Positions 19,571 to 29,145 are shown, counted from the stretch's first letter. The stretch: DNA of 41,997 nt from an uncultured Candidatus Saccharibacteria bacterium (GCA_964605735.1 CAZSDS010000002.1:4093-46089); one strand, 5' to 3'. Notes: generated by a model not told the origin, from the sequence alone. Program-made: numbers and translations.

Positions 19571-21337
19571 TCAGTCCTTGGTTGCCCTAATTACTTCCTC
19601 CACTGTGGTGTAGCCGCGCAAAGCTTTCATTATGCCGTCCTGTTTCATCAAGATCATCCCCTCTTGCGTTACGGCATACTCCTCAATCTTTACGGCTGGT
19701 TTGCGCTCGTTAATCAAATCCTGAATGCCTTTGGATATGTTTGCGATTTCGTAAATGCCGATTCGTCCCTTATAACCGCTGTTCCCGCAGACAGCGCACC
19801 CCTGCCCTTTCCAGACAGTAATATTTTTCAAATCAATGTCTTTGATCTGGTCTTTTGGAATTTTTGCCATCTCTTCCAGAATCAAAGCCTTGATGGCATC
19901 GGTTGGCTTATCTTGAACCTTGCACTTGTCGCAGACTTTTCTGACAAGACGCTGGGCAGCTAGCAGGTTCAGAGACGCGGTCAGCAAAAACGGCTCAATT
20001 CCCATATCAACAAGTCTAGGAATGGCGCCGATGGCGCTGTTGGTGTGCAATGTTGAGAAAACCAAGTGCCCGGTCAAAGCAGAGTTCACGGCCAGTTCCG
20101 CGGTTTCACGGTCTCGGACTTCACCGACCATGATGATGTTAGGGTCCTGACGCAGAATAGAGCGCAGACCGGAGGCAAAGGTCAGGTTAATCTCCGGGCG
20201 AATTTGCGCCTGGTTAACGCCGTCCATGAAATATTCCACCGGATCTTCCAAAGTCACGATGTTTACACCCGGCTTGTTAAGCATGCTCAAAATGGAGTAC
20301 AAGGTGGTTGATTTACCTGAACCGGTAGGGCCGGTAACCAGGAACATGCCGTGCGGTTTTTTAATGGAGTCCATGACTATGTCCAACTGCTTGCCCATAA
20401 GCCCAAGCTCTTCGAGCTTTGGCGCGCCAGTGGATTTGTCCAGAATACGAAGCACGATCTTTTCGCCAATGACTGTGGGAAAAGTTGAAACACGGAAGTC
20501 TATTGGTTTCCCGTCCAGGTTAACGTGGAAACGGCCATCCTGCGGCAAACGCTGTTCGTCGATTTTCAGGTTGGACAAAATCTTGATGCGGGAGATGACG
20601 GCCGGGTGAATCGACTTAGGAAGAATCAATGAGCTGTGCAAAACGCCGTCAATGCGGTAACGGACCCGGAGATCCTCCTCAGAAGGCTCAATATGAATAT
20701 CTGAAGCGCGGCCTTCAATGGCGTGCCTGATAATGACATCCACGATTTTTGAAATCGGAGCCTCGTCAACGAATTTTTCCTCAATCTTTACGGCATTCTT
20801 TTCCGCTTTCCTTTGGACTTCCGCCTGCTCTTTCTCCACCACTTCCTTCAGAGCCTGGGAAACTTCCTTGTTGATGTTCTCGGAGTTGCGGAAAACCTGC
20901 TGGAAGCTGGAAACTGAGGTTATATAAAGCTCAAGGCGACTGTTTCTTTTCTGGGCCAAAAACTCCAGCGCGCCCAAAGCGGCCAGGTTTGTTGGGTCAG
21001 TCAAAGCGACTTTCAAAACATTGTTGGCCAGCTCAAACGGAACGAATTTATATGTGCTCAGCGTCTCTTTGGCGATCAGATCAAGGACTTCTTTGCTGAT
21101 TTTGCGGTTGCGCAAATCGACATACGGCAGATTAAAAAAAAGTCCCCTGGCTTGAGTCAGTTCTTCTTCGTTGATGTACTTCTCCCCCACGAGGTAATCA
21201 AAAAGATTGCGGTGCGTAGTTACGCTTTCCGCGCGGGCCTGGGTCAGGGCTTCCTTGGTTATGAAGCCTTTATCCAGCAGGAAGTTCTCAAAACTGAGAG
21301 TTTTTGATTGTGGTGAATTGGTAATTGTCTCAGCCAT
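19571..21337 (-). CDS. pilB: Type IV pilus extension ATPase
   Basis: ASDIHIEP, LPQDGR, GPTGSGKSTT, LRQDPNIIMVGEVRD, tetracysteine CDKC/CAVC, YKGRIGIYE. Confidence 0.97.
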   Translation of the reverse strand: MAETITNSPQSKTLSFENFLLDKGFITKEALTQARAESVTTHRNLFDYLVGEKYINEEELTQARGLFFNLPYVDLRNRKISKEVLDLIAKETLSTYKFVPFELANNVLKVALTDPTNLAALGALEFLAQKRNSRLELYITSVSSFQQVFRNSENINKEVSQALKEVVEKEQAEVQRKAEKNAVKIEEKFVDEAPISKIVDVIIRHAIEGRASDIHIEPSEEDLRVRYRIDGVLHSSLILPKSIHPAVISRIKILSNLKIDEQRLPQDGRFHVNLDGKPIDFRVSTFPTVIGEKIVLRILDKSTGAPKLEELGLMGKQLDIVMDSIKKPHGMFLVTGPTGSGKSTTLYSILSMLNKPGVNIVTLEDPVEYFMDGVNQAQIRPEINLTFASGLRSILRQDPNIIMVGEVRDRETAELAVNSALTGHLVFSTLHTNSAIGAIPRLVDMGIEPFLLTASLNLLAAQRLVRKVCDKCKVQDKPTDAIKALILEEMAKIPKDQIKDIDLKNITVWKGQGCAVCGNSGYKGRIGIYEIANISKGIQDLINERKPAVKIEEYAVTQEGMILMKQDGIMKALRGYTTVEEVIRATKD

Positions 21338-21352
21338 TATTCGCCTTAAGGA

Positions 21353-21715
21353 TTAGTAATTCTGGAATGGGTTTTCCCGTCCGATCTGTTCCGGGTTAAC
21401 TGTCAGCGGGGCGTAATCAACAAGATTTTGGAATGATGCGGAGTTGTACACGCTCAAATCGAGCTTGGTATCGTTTGGGAAGACGCGCGGTGCCGGGTAT
21501 TCGGTGGTCTCGCTCGGCGTTGGCAGGCCTTCCGTGCTTGCGCGCTGGTTAACCGGCGCATTATTATTGGCGGCGGTGTTGTCGATGTTGGTGTTGATTG
21601 GGCCGAGCCCTTCCGGCAAGCCGGTGGATTGGTCCTGGCTGCTCCAATAGAGGATTCCGGCTGATGCGGCAAAACAGATGATGATTACCGCGATGTAAAT
21701 TTTTCTTTTGTCCAT
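21353..21715 (-). CDS. Small membrane-anchored protein at the PilP position
   Basis: TM plus low-complexity linker ending GRENPF; follows pilO. Confidence 0.7.
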   Translation of the reverse strand: MDKRKIYIAVIIICFAASAGILYWSSQDQSTGLPEGLGPINTNIDNTAANNNAPVNQRASTEGLPTPSETTEYPAPRVFPNDTKLDLSVYNSASFQNLVDYAPLTVNPEQIGRENPFQNY

Positions 21716-21716
21716 A

Positions 21717-22277
21717 TTATTTTGCCTGGTAGTAGGTTCTTATAATTAATGTGAACAAGAGAGTACGACCGCTGTCTCCTGATTCCTGATCAATGCCTAC
21801 GTTTATCGAAACAATATCGCTGAGCCTCAGATTGCGCTGTACGCGCAAAAGGAATTCCTTGAACGCTTCATAAGTTCCTGATAATTCAATGTTCATGTTG
21901 ACTGACTGGATTGTTTGTGGTGGCGGCGGGTTTTGGGGATCAAATGCCGCGTCATTAAAATTGATGGTTCTCAGGAGCAACCCGCTTTCCGCAGAAATTC
22001 TGGAATACATATCAAGCAGGTTTGGGAGATCTGAATCGCCCAGCGGCAAAACCTTGTTGGCTTTCTCTGCTTCATCCTGGTTTTGGTTGTATAAGCTCAG
22101 GAACGCGTTCAAATCAGCTTCTGCTTTCTTCAGACGGTCATTTTCCGTCTTAGTCACGTCATAAGCTGACCTGGCTTCCCCTAAACTGTTCCATTGCCCA
22201 TAAACCCCAAAATATCCAATGAGCAACAACAGGATGATCAGAATAAGTACGGCTATGCTTTTTGATGATTTGTTCAT
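21717..22277 (-). CDS. pilO: PilO-like alignment protein
   Basis: TM, coiled coil, LP...LPNLL, SGTYEAFKEFL; operon position. Confidence 0.85.
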   Translation of the reverse strand: MNKSSKSIAVLILIILLLLIGYFGVYGQWNSLGEARSAYDVTKTENDRLKKAEADLNAFLSLYNQNQDEAEKANKVLPLGDSDLPNLLDMYSRISAESGLLLRTINFNDAAFDPQNPPPPQTIQSVNMNIELSGTYEAFKEFLLRVQRNLRLSDIVSINVGIDQESGDSGRTLLFTLIIRTYYQAK

Positions 22278-22278
22278 G

Positions 22279-22839
22279 TTATTGCCTCGTTAAGAAAATT
22301 GAAGGATTAGCAATGGCCTCAACTGAGAAAATCACCCCGGCTGACTCGCCTTCAGAAGGGGCAGTGGAAATGAGCCTGACGGATTCCAAATTAGGATTGG
22401 TTTCCAGGGACAACAGCATTCGGCCAAGATCGGAATAAGTCGGGGTTCGGCCCTCTATCTGCAGTCTTCCTGTGGTGTCGCTGGACAGGTTCAAGTAGCG
22501 GCTGGCCTGGAAAGTGGCGGCAGCCATGCTGTCCATGAGGCTGTTCCAGACCACATGGTTTTGCAGGAGCAAATTAATGTTCTTTGACTGCGCCTGGAAC
22601 CCTTTAGCCTGAGCAACATCCTCTTCTTTCTCAGCCAGACGGTTTTCAATGTCCGCGTTCTCGGCTTGCATGGCCAAATCTTCGTTTTGCGTGCTTTTGG
22701 TAAGCATAAAGAACATGGCGCCAGCAACCAATTCCGCAATAATCAACACACCTAAAATCACAATCACTGCCCGGTTGTTGTTTTCCCAGTGGTTGGTTGT
22801 GTCTTTGAGCTTGTTTTGTAAAAGGTTAATTTCTTGCAT
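22279..22839 (-). CDS. pilN: PilN-like alignment protein
   Basis: MQEINLL cytoplasmic motif, TM, coiled coil; follows pilM. Confidence 0.85.
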   Translation of the reverse strand: MQEINLLQNKLKDTTNHWENNNRAVIVILGVLIIAELVAGAMFFMLTKSTQNEDLAMQAENADIENRLAEKEEDVAQAKGFQAQSKNINLLLQNHVVWNSLMDSMAAATFQASRYLNLSSDTTGRLQIEGRTPTYSDLGRMLLSLETNPNLESVRLISTAPSEGESAGVIFSVEAIANPSIFLTRQ

Positions 22840-22887
22840 ATGTTTTTATTGAATGAATTTTTGCGTTTATGGTTGCATGTTCCTTTG

Positions 22888-23958
22888 TTACGGCTGTCTC
22901 ATGGCCAGCCCTGCGGCAACGGCCAGATTCAACCCTAAAGGTTCGATTACTGGTTTTAACTTTTCAGGATACAGGACCTGGGACCAGGGATTAGCCAGCA
23001 TGACTGGCTTACCCAAAGACCCAAAGTACTGAGTTAAGGAAGGAATTTTAGATCCAGCTCCGGACAAAAAGATTTTGTCGATGCTATCCCCCCGGCTTTC
23101 GTAAAGGCTGACCAGCTGGGCGGCTTCGTTCTTGATGATGTCCAGGACCGGCCTCATGATTTGTGGGAGCTGTTGGCTTCCGGCAGTCAGGCCAAAATCC
23201 TTTTTAAACTGCTCGGCTCTGATGAAGCTGACATTAAGGCTTTGTGCGATGCTGGTTGTGATCGTGTCTCCGCCCACTCCAAGATTTTTGGAAAGCTTCA
23301 GATATCCCCCGTCAACCAGGTTAATGCTGGTGTTTTTTGCGCCTATATCAACCAAAAGCAAAGTATCCAAATCGTTGCCCACCAATGACCTGATTAAGGC
23401 AAGCGCTTCAATTTCCAATGCCAACGGATCCAATCCGGCGGTATTAAAAACTTTAAGGTAATTATCAACGACAATGGTCGGAACTGCAGTTAACAGCACT
23501 TTGATGGTGTTGTCTTCGGTTTTGCCGTCTTTTCCGATTGTTCCAAGGTTTGTATCAAGATTAACCTTCTTTTTCTTTTCCTGGATGGTTATCCACGACA
23601 ATGCCACCTCTTCCAGCGGCAATGGAACGTACTTTTTTGCCTCAGATTCGACCGCGGATTTTATTTCATTGTCCGGAATTTTAGGCATTTCAATGACTGA
23701 GGTAAAAACCACGCTGTTTGGCAAGGAAGCGATGATTCTGTTGGTGGTTGCCTGAGACTGATCCAACAGTTTTTTCAGCACATCTGATGTGTGGTTGATG
23801 GCACTGCCGCTGTCTTTGTTCGAAAGCTGGTATGCCACGTTAACCAAACCATATGTTTCCAACACAAACTTATTGCTTTGCGGCCTAAGCTGGACAATTT
23901 TAATATTCGAAGTGCCGATATCGACACCTAAATGACTTTTTGATTTGCTAAATAACAT
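22888..23958 (-). CDS. pilM: Type IV pilus assembly protein PilM
   Basis: LGVDIGTSNIKIV, EAKKYVP, LVDIGAKNT, IFLSGAGSKIP, AGLAMR (actin-like fold). Confidence 0.95.
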   Translation of the reverse strand: MLFSKSKSHLGVDIGTSNIKIVQLRPQSNKFVLETYGLVNVAYQLSNKDSGSAINHTSDVLKKLLDQSQATTNRIIASLPNSVVFTSVIEMPKIPDNEIKSAVESEAKKYVPLPLEEVALSWITIQEKKKKVNLDTNLGTIGKDGKTEDNTIKVLLTAVPTIVVDNYLKVFNTAGLDPLALEIEALALIRSLVGNDLDTLLLVDIGAKNTSINLVDGGYLKLSKNLGVGGDTITTSIAQSLNVSFIRAEQFKKDFGLTAGSQQLPQIMRPVLDIIKNEAAQLVSLYESRGDSIDKIFLSGAGSKIPSLTQYFGSLGKPVMLANPWSQVLYPEKLKPVIEPLGLNLAVAAGLAMRQP

Positions 23959-24002
23959 TTTGTTTCAGGAATTTTGGGAGAAACTGTACTTTTTGCCCTT
24001 TA

Positions 24003-24032
24003 ATCATAATGGAAATTAATACTAAATGTCAA
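24003..24032 (-). promoter_or_regulatory. Sigma70-type promoter proximal to pilM
   Basis: TTGACA-18 nt-TATGAT about 45 nt upstream of the pilM ATG. Confidence 0.65.
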
Positions 24033-24053
24033 ACTTTACCACTGCTCTCTTTG

Positions 24054-24120
24054 TGTGGGTGGTCTGGCCATCTGGACGTTTGGCTAATCGCCGACGTCCA
24101 TCTGACCAGAACCACCCACA
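24054..24120 (-). ncRNA. Long GC-rich RNA hairpin of unknown class upstream of pilM
   Basis: Minus-strand fold: 9 bp, bulge, 8 bp (one G-U), tandem GA/GA, 7 bp, internal loop, 3 bp, GAUUA loop. Confidence 0.5.
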
Positions 24121-24224
24121 ACACTAGAGGATAAAAAAGTTTTTATTTAGGAGCCGGCTGGTTAAAGTTGGTTGGGTTGGGATTGCCATTTAGCTGGATC
24201 GGGCGCACAGAAAAATGACTTAGG

Positions 24225-24253
24225 AGTATACTCACCTGAACAGTCCAAGTCAA
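24225..24253 (-). promoter_or_regulatory. Sigma70-type distal promoter reading towards the hairpin and pilM
   Basis: TTGACT-17 nt-TATACT immediately after the terminator of the upstream gene. Confidence 0.65.
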
Positions 24254-24269
24254 GAGCTGTAAGATAACG

Positions 24270-24299
24270 CAAAAACCGCCCCGAAATGGGCGGTTTTTG
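24270..24299. terminator. Intrinsic terminator after the 24314 gene
   Basis: CAAAAACCGCCC-CGAAAT-GGGCGGTTTTTG, symmetric. Confidence 0.8.
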
Positions 24300-24313
24300 C
24301 TAATTTAGATGGT

Positions 24314-24877
24314 CTATTCTGCGTTTAGGGTGCCTTCAGTCTGCAAATCACCCCGTATGGCATCAGAATCCGCGTTCATGACTGCATCCAGGGCTTGCGT
24401 AATTGGCCCGCACGAGATTATTGCCATGTTTTCAGCGGCTGACTTGCGGACGTTAACAGTGAGCTGGCCTAACCCGTGGATAAAATGAAGGGCTGGCTGA
24501 AGAGTTGTCTCTGATTTGCCATCCACAACCGGGTTAAGATTATATTTCAGACTTCCAATTTGATCACAGCTTCCCAAATTAATGTGGGCTGGCTGCTCCA
24601 CTCCCTTAGGTCCCGGAGTAAGATCAATGACCACAACCGTGCTCCCATCCACCTCAGTCAAAGTCACTGAACCTGGCTGATTTGAGCTGTTGTGCGCCAT
24701 CATGGGCGCTTCTGCCGGAGCCATGGACTGCTGGTTCTGGTTTTGAGCCTGCTGTTGCTGGTTATTTTGTCCTGAGTTGTTGTTTCGGAGGGCAAAAAAC
24801 ACTACTGCCCCGATTATCAAAACAACCAATACTGCTAAATAAGTGGAAATGCCTGCCTGATTATCGTTTGTGTTCAT
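24314..24877 (-). CDS. Membrane-anchored CHRD/Cu-Zn-SOD-like small domain protein
   Basis: TM, Q/N-rich linker, QPAHINLGSC...YNLNPVVDGKSETT...VNVRKS...SCG. Confidence 0.75.
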   Translation of the reverse strand: MNTNDNQAGISTYLAVLVVLIIGAVVFFALRNNNSGQNNQQQQAQNQNQQSMAPAEAPMMAHNSSNQPGSVTLTEVDGSTVVVIDLTPGPKGVEQPAHINLGSCDQIGSLKYNLNPVVDGKSETTLQPALHFIHGLGQLTVNVRKSAAENMAIISCGPITQALDAVMNADSDAIRGDLQTEGTLNAE

Positions 24878-25011
24878 ATCTTGTAACGAATTATTTATGC
24901 ATATTCAGAATACCATGCAAAATCAAAATAAAAAAGGTGAAGCAGAAAAATGAAGGAACAAAAAAGACCCCACGCGAACCGCCAGTGGCGGAAATGTCCT
25001 GAAGTCTTTTC

Positions 25012-25087
25012 TGGTGGACCCTACCGGGCTCGAACCGGTCGCCTCCTGCTTGCAAAGCAGGCGCTCTACCAAATGAGCTAAGGGCCC
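25012..25087 (-). tRNA. tRNA-Ala (anticodon TGC)
   Basis: GGGCCCT...AGGGTCC-ACCA acceptor with the G3:U70 Ala identity pair; anticodon arm CCTGC-TT-TGC-AA-GCAGG. Confidence 0.97.
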
Positions 25088-25124
25088 CACGCTTATCTGC
25101 GCTGAACCTAGCAGATACTTTCAG

Positions 25125-25153
25125 ATTTTACTAAAAAATCGCCTTTTGGTCAA
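25125..25153 (-). promoter_or_regulatory. Sigma70-type promoter for tRNA-Ala
   Basis: TTGACC-17 nt-TAAAAT. Confidence 0.65.
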
Positions 25154-25167
25154 GACTGAGCATGCGC

Positions 25168-25425
25168 TTACTTAAGCGATTCTCCCCCGCCAAAAACCGG
25201 ACCAAGCCAGCTAAACAAAAAGCTTTCCGCATTGAACATATAAAGCATGGCGACTATCACTATAAACAGGCCTGCAATTTTATACAGCAAATACGTACCC
25301 CCAAATCCGCCTGACAGATGGTTTTCAGCCCAGCCAATTTTCCCAAAAATCTGCACGATCTGGAAGTTGTAGCGCATTATCAAAATGCCTGTTGCCACCC
25401 AAACCGCACCCCAAACAAATCTCAT
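25168..25425 (-). CDS. Small membrane protein
   Basis: 85 aa with two or three hydrophobic segments. Confidence 0.7.
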   Translation of the reverse strand: MRFVWGAVWVATGILIMRYNFQIVQIFGKIGWAENHLSGGFGGTYLLYKIAGLFIVIVAMLYMFNAESFLFSWLGPVFGGGESLK

Positions 25426-25510
25426 GTTTTTGTGTTTCTTGGCGCATTCCTCGATTTTGTTGATTGCGCCTGAGGGTTAATTACCTGATTATTATACCCT
25501 ACCGCCAGGG

Positions 25511-25539
25511 TTTACAAAAACCCGACAATTTGGTAAAGT
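25511..25539 (+). promoter_or_regulatory. Sigma70-type promoter for tRNA-Ile
   Basis: TTTACA-17 nt-TAAAGT, 27 nt before the tRNA. Confidence 0.5.
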
Positions 25540-25566
25540 ATTGAGGCATTTGTACCGCAATATTGC

Positions 25567-25643
25567 GGGCATGTAGCTCAGGTGGTTAGAGCGCGTCACT
25601 GATAATGACGAGGTCCCTGGTTCGAGTCCAGGCATGCCCACCA
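25567..25643 (+). tRNA. tRNA-Ile (anticodon GAT)
   Basis: GGGCATG...CATGCCC-ACCA acceptor; CGTCA-CT-GAT-AA-TGACG anticodon arm; GGTTCGAGTCC T-arm. Confidence 0.97.
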
Positions 25644-25678
25644 AAAAACCCTTACCTTACGGTAGGGATTTTTTGTAT

Positions 25679-28249
25679 TCAGGAAAGTTTTTTTAGAACT
25701 TTTTCAAGGTCTATACCCTTCCCCAAAACAGGTTTGAACAGGTCGCCTTTTTTGTCCAGCCGTTTGAAAATGTTTTTGATGGTAAAATCTTTTGGATCAA
25801 GCCGGCTGTTAACCTCTTTCCATTCCAAGGGCGTGGAAACTGTTGCGCCCGGCTTTGGGCGGGCACTGTATGGAGCGGCCAGGGTCTGGCCTTTACGGTT
25901 CTGTAAATAATCCAGATAAATTCTTTTTTGACGCTTCTTTGGGCTGCGTTCCAGGCTGGTGATGTCCGGTAGTTCGGCATTCACCAGGGTTGCAATTAAA
26001 TGCGCAAACTGTTTGGACTGCTCGTAGTCATACCTGGCGCCCAAAGGCACATACACATGCAAACCGGTTGCGCCGGAGGTTTTGCAGTAATTCGGCACTT
26101 CGTATTTATCCAAAATTTTGTGAACTGTTTGCGCCACCCTGACCACTTCCTGGAACTTAATGTCCTCAGGATCAAGGTCAATCACCATGTAATCCGGCTT
26201 CTCCAGGCTGGTGATCCTGGAATTCCAGGGGTTGATTTCAATGCACCCCAGGTTTGCCATATAAATCAAAGTGGCCTCATTCTGACAAACCAGGTAATTG
26301 ATAAATTCCTCATTCGATTCAGAGTATATTTTTTTGGTCTTGACCCACTTTGGGTGCTTTTGGGTAACGTCCTTATGGTAAAAACTTTCCCCATCTATGC
26401 CGTTGGGATGTCGGTTCATATTTTCCGGCCGGTCTTTCAGGTAGGGCAAAATGAAGGACGAAACCTCGCGGTAATAATTAATCAAGTCGCCTTTTGTATA
26501 TTTTTCCTTTGGCCAATAAATCTTGCTCTGGTTGGTGAGTTTCAATTCCTTGCCGCCGATTTTGACAATCTGCTCCTCGCTTGAGGCCAACTTGGTTTTT
26601 GAAAATGCCTTTGCCATTTTCTTTGGATTCTCCTGCACAGCCTCTCTGGCTTGCTTATCTTCCCGCAAACCCTGGAAAATCGGCTGGCGCATATGGCCAT
26701 CCGAAGTCCATTCAGAAAAACTGATTTCAGCCAAAAGTTTTGGCTTGACCCAGGTTACGGGTGCATTAGTTTTTGGTTTAACTTTGAACGGCGAGTCTTT
26801 GGTAATCAGCGGAACAAGCCTCTCATACACCGTTTTTAGATTTTTTTCGTTAAAGCCGCCGCCGGTATGGCCAATGTAAACAAGATCTTTACCTTTATAC
26901 ACCCCAAGGACAAGCGCTCCAAACTTTTTCCGGCTTCCCCTGGGCTCAGTAAAACCTGCAATCACCGCTTCCTGCCGCTGGTGAGTTTTTATTTTCAGCC
27001 AATCAGAACTGCGGCGACCTATCTTATACTCGCTCTGCGAATTTTTGGCGATAACCCCTTCCAAAGTCTGTTTTTTCGCCAGCGAAAAAAACTCTATCCC
27101 ATTTTCTTCCACATGGTCGCTGTATTTTACCGACTCACTCTCAGGCAGGATGTTTTTCAGAATATTTTTCCGCTGAACAAGCGGCAAAGAGGTTAAACCC
27201 CGGCCGTTATAGTAAAGCAAATCAAAAACATAATAGACCAAACGGCCTGTCCCGGTATTCTGATAATTCTGCAAAAGCTGAAAACTGGATTTCCCCTTCT
27301 CATCCAACACCACCACTTCCCCATCAAGCACCGCATCAAACTGAAATTTTTCAACCTCCTCCACAATGGGCGCGAAAAGTTCATTGAACGGCTGGGCATT
27401 GCGTGAGTACATCAAGGCCTTCTGCCGGGACAATTCAGTTATAGCCCTATACCCGTCCCATTTGACTTCGAATAACCAGTTAGGGTCATTGAAAGGTTCT
27501 TTGACCAAAGTGGCCAGCATGGGTTTGACGTTGCGGGGCATTCTTGAATTCTTGGCTTCAGACAACAATTCATCCAGGACCGGCTGATCCGCGCTTTTTG
27601 ATCTTGCTGATTGCTTTTTTGCCTGACCTTTGCCAGTTTTTTTGTTGGAGATCCACTGTTTGCTGGCTGTCTTGGCAATTTCGTCTAAAGTCCGGTCAGT
27701 TTTGGCGGATGTTTCCATCAGTGAAATATCAGTTTTCAGCGCATACTCATCCCGTTCTTTGATGAGAAGCCATGAGTTGTCGGCCTTTCCCCTGCTGTTC
27801 TTTATCTTCACCAGGACAAAACCTCCCTGCAGTTTCTTGCCTTTCAAAAAGAATTTCAATTCGCCTTTTTCCAAACCCTCTTTGATGAGCTTTCTGCTTT
27901 TCTTTGGTTCGGAGGTTTCAAGCGAGTGGTAAAAACCCTCATCCCAAACCATAACTGAACCAGCGCCGTAATTTCCTTCCGGTATAACACCTTCAAAGTC
28001 TTTGTACTCATACGGATGATCTTCCACCATCATTGCCAGGCGCTTGTCCGCGGTATTCATAGATGGACCTTTGGGAACTGCCCAACTTTTCAACACCCCA
28101 TCCAACTCCAATCGGAAGTCATAATGCAGTCGAGAAGCTTGGTGCTTCTGGACCACGAAACGCAAACGGCCGGAGGAGCTTTTTTTGGCCCCTGCCGGCT
28201 CTGGAGTTTTGTCGAATTTACGCTTTGTCTTGTATTTGGATAAGCTCAT
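25679..28249 (-). CDS. ligD: NHEJ DNA ligase D (3'-phosphoesterase, ATP-dependent ligase, primase-polymerase)
   Basis: FVVQKHQASRLHYDFRLE (PE domain), FEVKWDGYR (ligase), RHPNGIDG, DLDP and KTSGATGLHVYVP (polymerase). Confidence 0.97.
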   Translation of the reverse strand: MSLSKYKTKRKFDKTPEPAGAKKSSSGRLRFVVQKHQASRLHYDFRLELDGVLKSWAVPKGPSMNTADKRLAMMVEDHPYEYKDFEGVIPEGNYGAGSVMVWDEGFYHSLETSEPKKSRKLIKEGLEKGELKFFLKGKKLQGGFVLVKIKNSRGKADNSWLLIKERDEYALKTDISLMETSAKTDRTLDEIAKTASKQWISNKKTGKGQAKKQSARSKSADQPVLDELLSEAKNSRMPRNVKPMLATLVKEPFNDPNWLFEVKWDGYRAITELSRQKALMYSRNAQPFNELFAPIVEEVEKFQFDAVLDGEVVVLDEKGKSSFQLLQNYQNTGTGRLVYYVFDLLYYNGRGLTSLPLVQRKNILKNILPESESVKYSDHVEENGIEFFSLAKKQTLEGVIAKNSQSEYKIGRRSSDWLKIKTHQRQEAVIAGFTEPRGSRKKFGALVLGVYKGKDLVYIGHTGGGFNEKNLKTVYERLVPLITKDSPFKVKPKTNAPVTWVKPKLLAEISFSEWTSDGHMRQPIFQGLREDKQAREAVQENPKKMAKAFSKTKLASSEEQIVKIGGKELKLTNQSKIYWPKEKYTKGDLINYYREVSSFILPYLKDRPENMNRHPNGIDGESFYHKDVTQKHPKWVKTKKIYSESNEEFINYLVCQNEATLIYMANLGCIEINPWNSRITSLEKPDYMVIDLDPEDIKFQEVVRVAQTVHKILDKYEVPNYCKTSGATGLHVYVPLGARYDYEQSKQFAHLIATLVNAELPDITSLERSPKKRQKRIYLDYLQNRKGQTLAAPYSARPKPGATVSTPLEWKEVNSRLDPKDFTIKNIFKRLDKKGDLFKPVLGKGIDLEKVLKKLS

Positions 28250-28288
28250 AAGTTGTCCAACCTGGGTTATCTGGCAGCCGTTCGCAAT

Positions 28289-29071
28289 TTAGGCCCTGAC
28301 TTTCTGCTGTTTTTTCAGACTGGCTTTAAGCATAGCCACCAGATCAACGACTTCCGTTGCCTCCGGTTCTTTTTCCTTAGGCTTGAATTTCTTGCCTTTG
28401 GCTTTAGCTTCAATGACTTTTTTCAATTCATTCTTGTATGTGTCTTTGTATTCTTCAGGCTTGAACGGCTCGCTTAGGTGTTCAATCAATGACAAAGCCA
28501 TGTCGATTTCCTTGTTTTTAGCCTGTGCGGTGTCCGGCAGGTTCAACCCCTCTGGCTTGCGCAATTCATCCTTGAAACGCAGTTGATTAAGGAGGATAGC
28601 TTTGCCGTAAGGCTTAATCACAGCCAGGTGCTCCCGGTTGCGCAGGACGAAATTAGCCACGCCAACTTTCTTTGATTTTTTCAAAGCTTCACGCAAAAGC
28701 GCGTAAGCTTTTTCCGCACCCTTGTCCGGTTCCAGGAAATATGGTTTTTCGTAATAGATGGTGTCTATTTCATTTTCCTTGGCAAAATCCAAAATATCGA
28801 TGGTTTTGGTTTTGCGCGGGCTGGCTTTTTTAAAATCCTCATCCGTCAACACCACGTAGTCGCCTTCCTGGTACTCGTACCCCTTAACGATTTCGTCGTA
28901 AGGAATTTCCTTGCCGTCCGCACGGCACACCCGCGCGTAGCGGATCGGCGACAAATCTTTTTTATGAAGCATGTCAAAATCCAGTTTTTCTTCTGTTGCA
29001 GTGGCACTGTAAAGCCTGATTGGAATGTTTATTAAGCCGAAGCTTAAAGCTCCGGTCCATATAGCTCGCAT
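28289..29071 (-). CDS. ku: NHEJ DNA end-binding protein Ku
   Basis: MRAIWTGALSFGLINIPIRLY, EIVKGYEY, YYEKPYFLEP, short Lys-rich tail. Confidence 0.97.
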   Translation of the reverse strand: MRAIWTGALSFGLINIPIRLYSATATEEKLDFDMLHKKDLSPIRYARVCRADGKEIPYDEIVKGYEYQEGDYVVLTDEDFKKASPRKTKTIDILDFAKENEIDTIYYEKPYFLEPDKGAEKAYALLREALKKSKKVGVANFVLRNREHLAVIKPYGKAILLNQLRFKDELRKPEGLNLPDTAQAKNKEIDMALSLIEHLSEPFKPEEYKDTYKNELKKVIEAKAKGKKFKPKEKEPEATEVVDLVAMLKASLKKQQKVRA

Positions 29072-29145
29072 TAAGCGCCTTTCTTTAAGGTAGGGAAAGT
29101 CTAGATTAGGGCAAATAAACTGTTAATTGTGCAAACTCCAAAACG

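Noticed and set aside
24054-24120. Hairpin as SRP RNA, 6S RNA or a known riboswitch
   Set aside because: No SRP CAGG/GNRA/AGCAG motif, too short for 6S, and no recognisable aptamer; left as unknown class.
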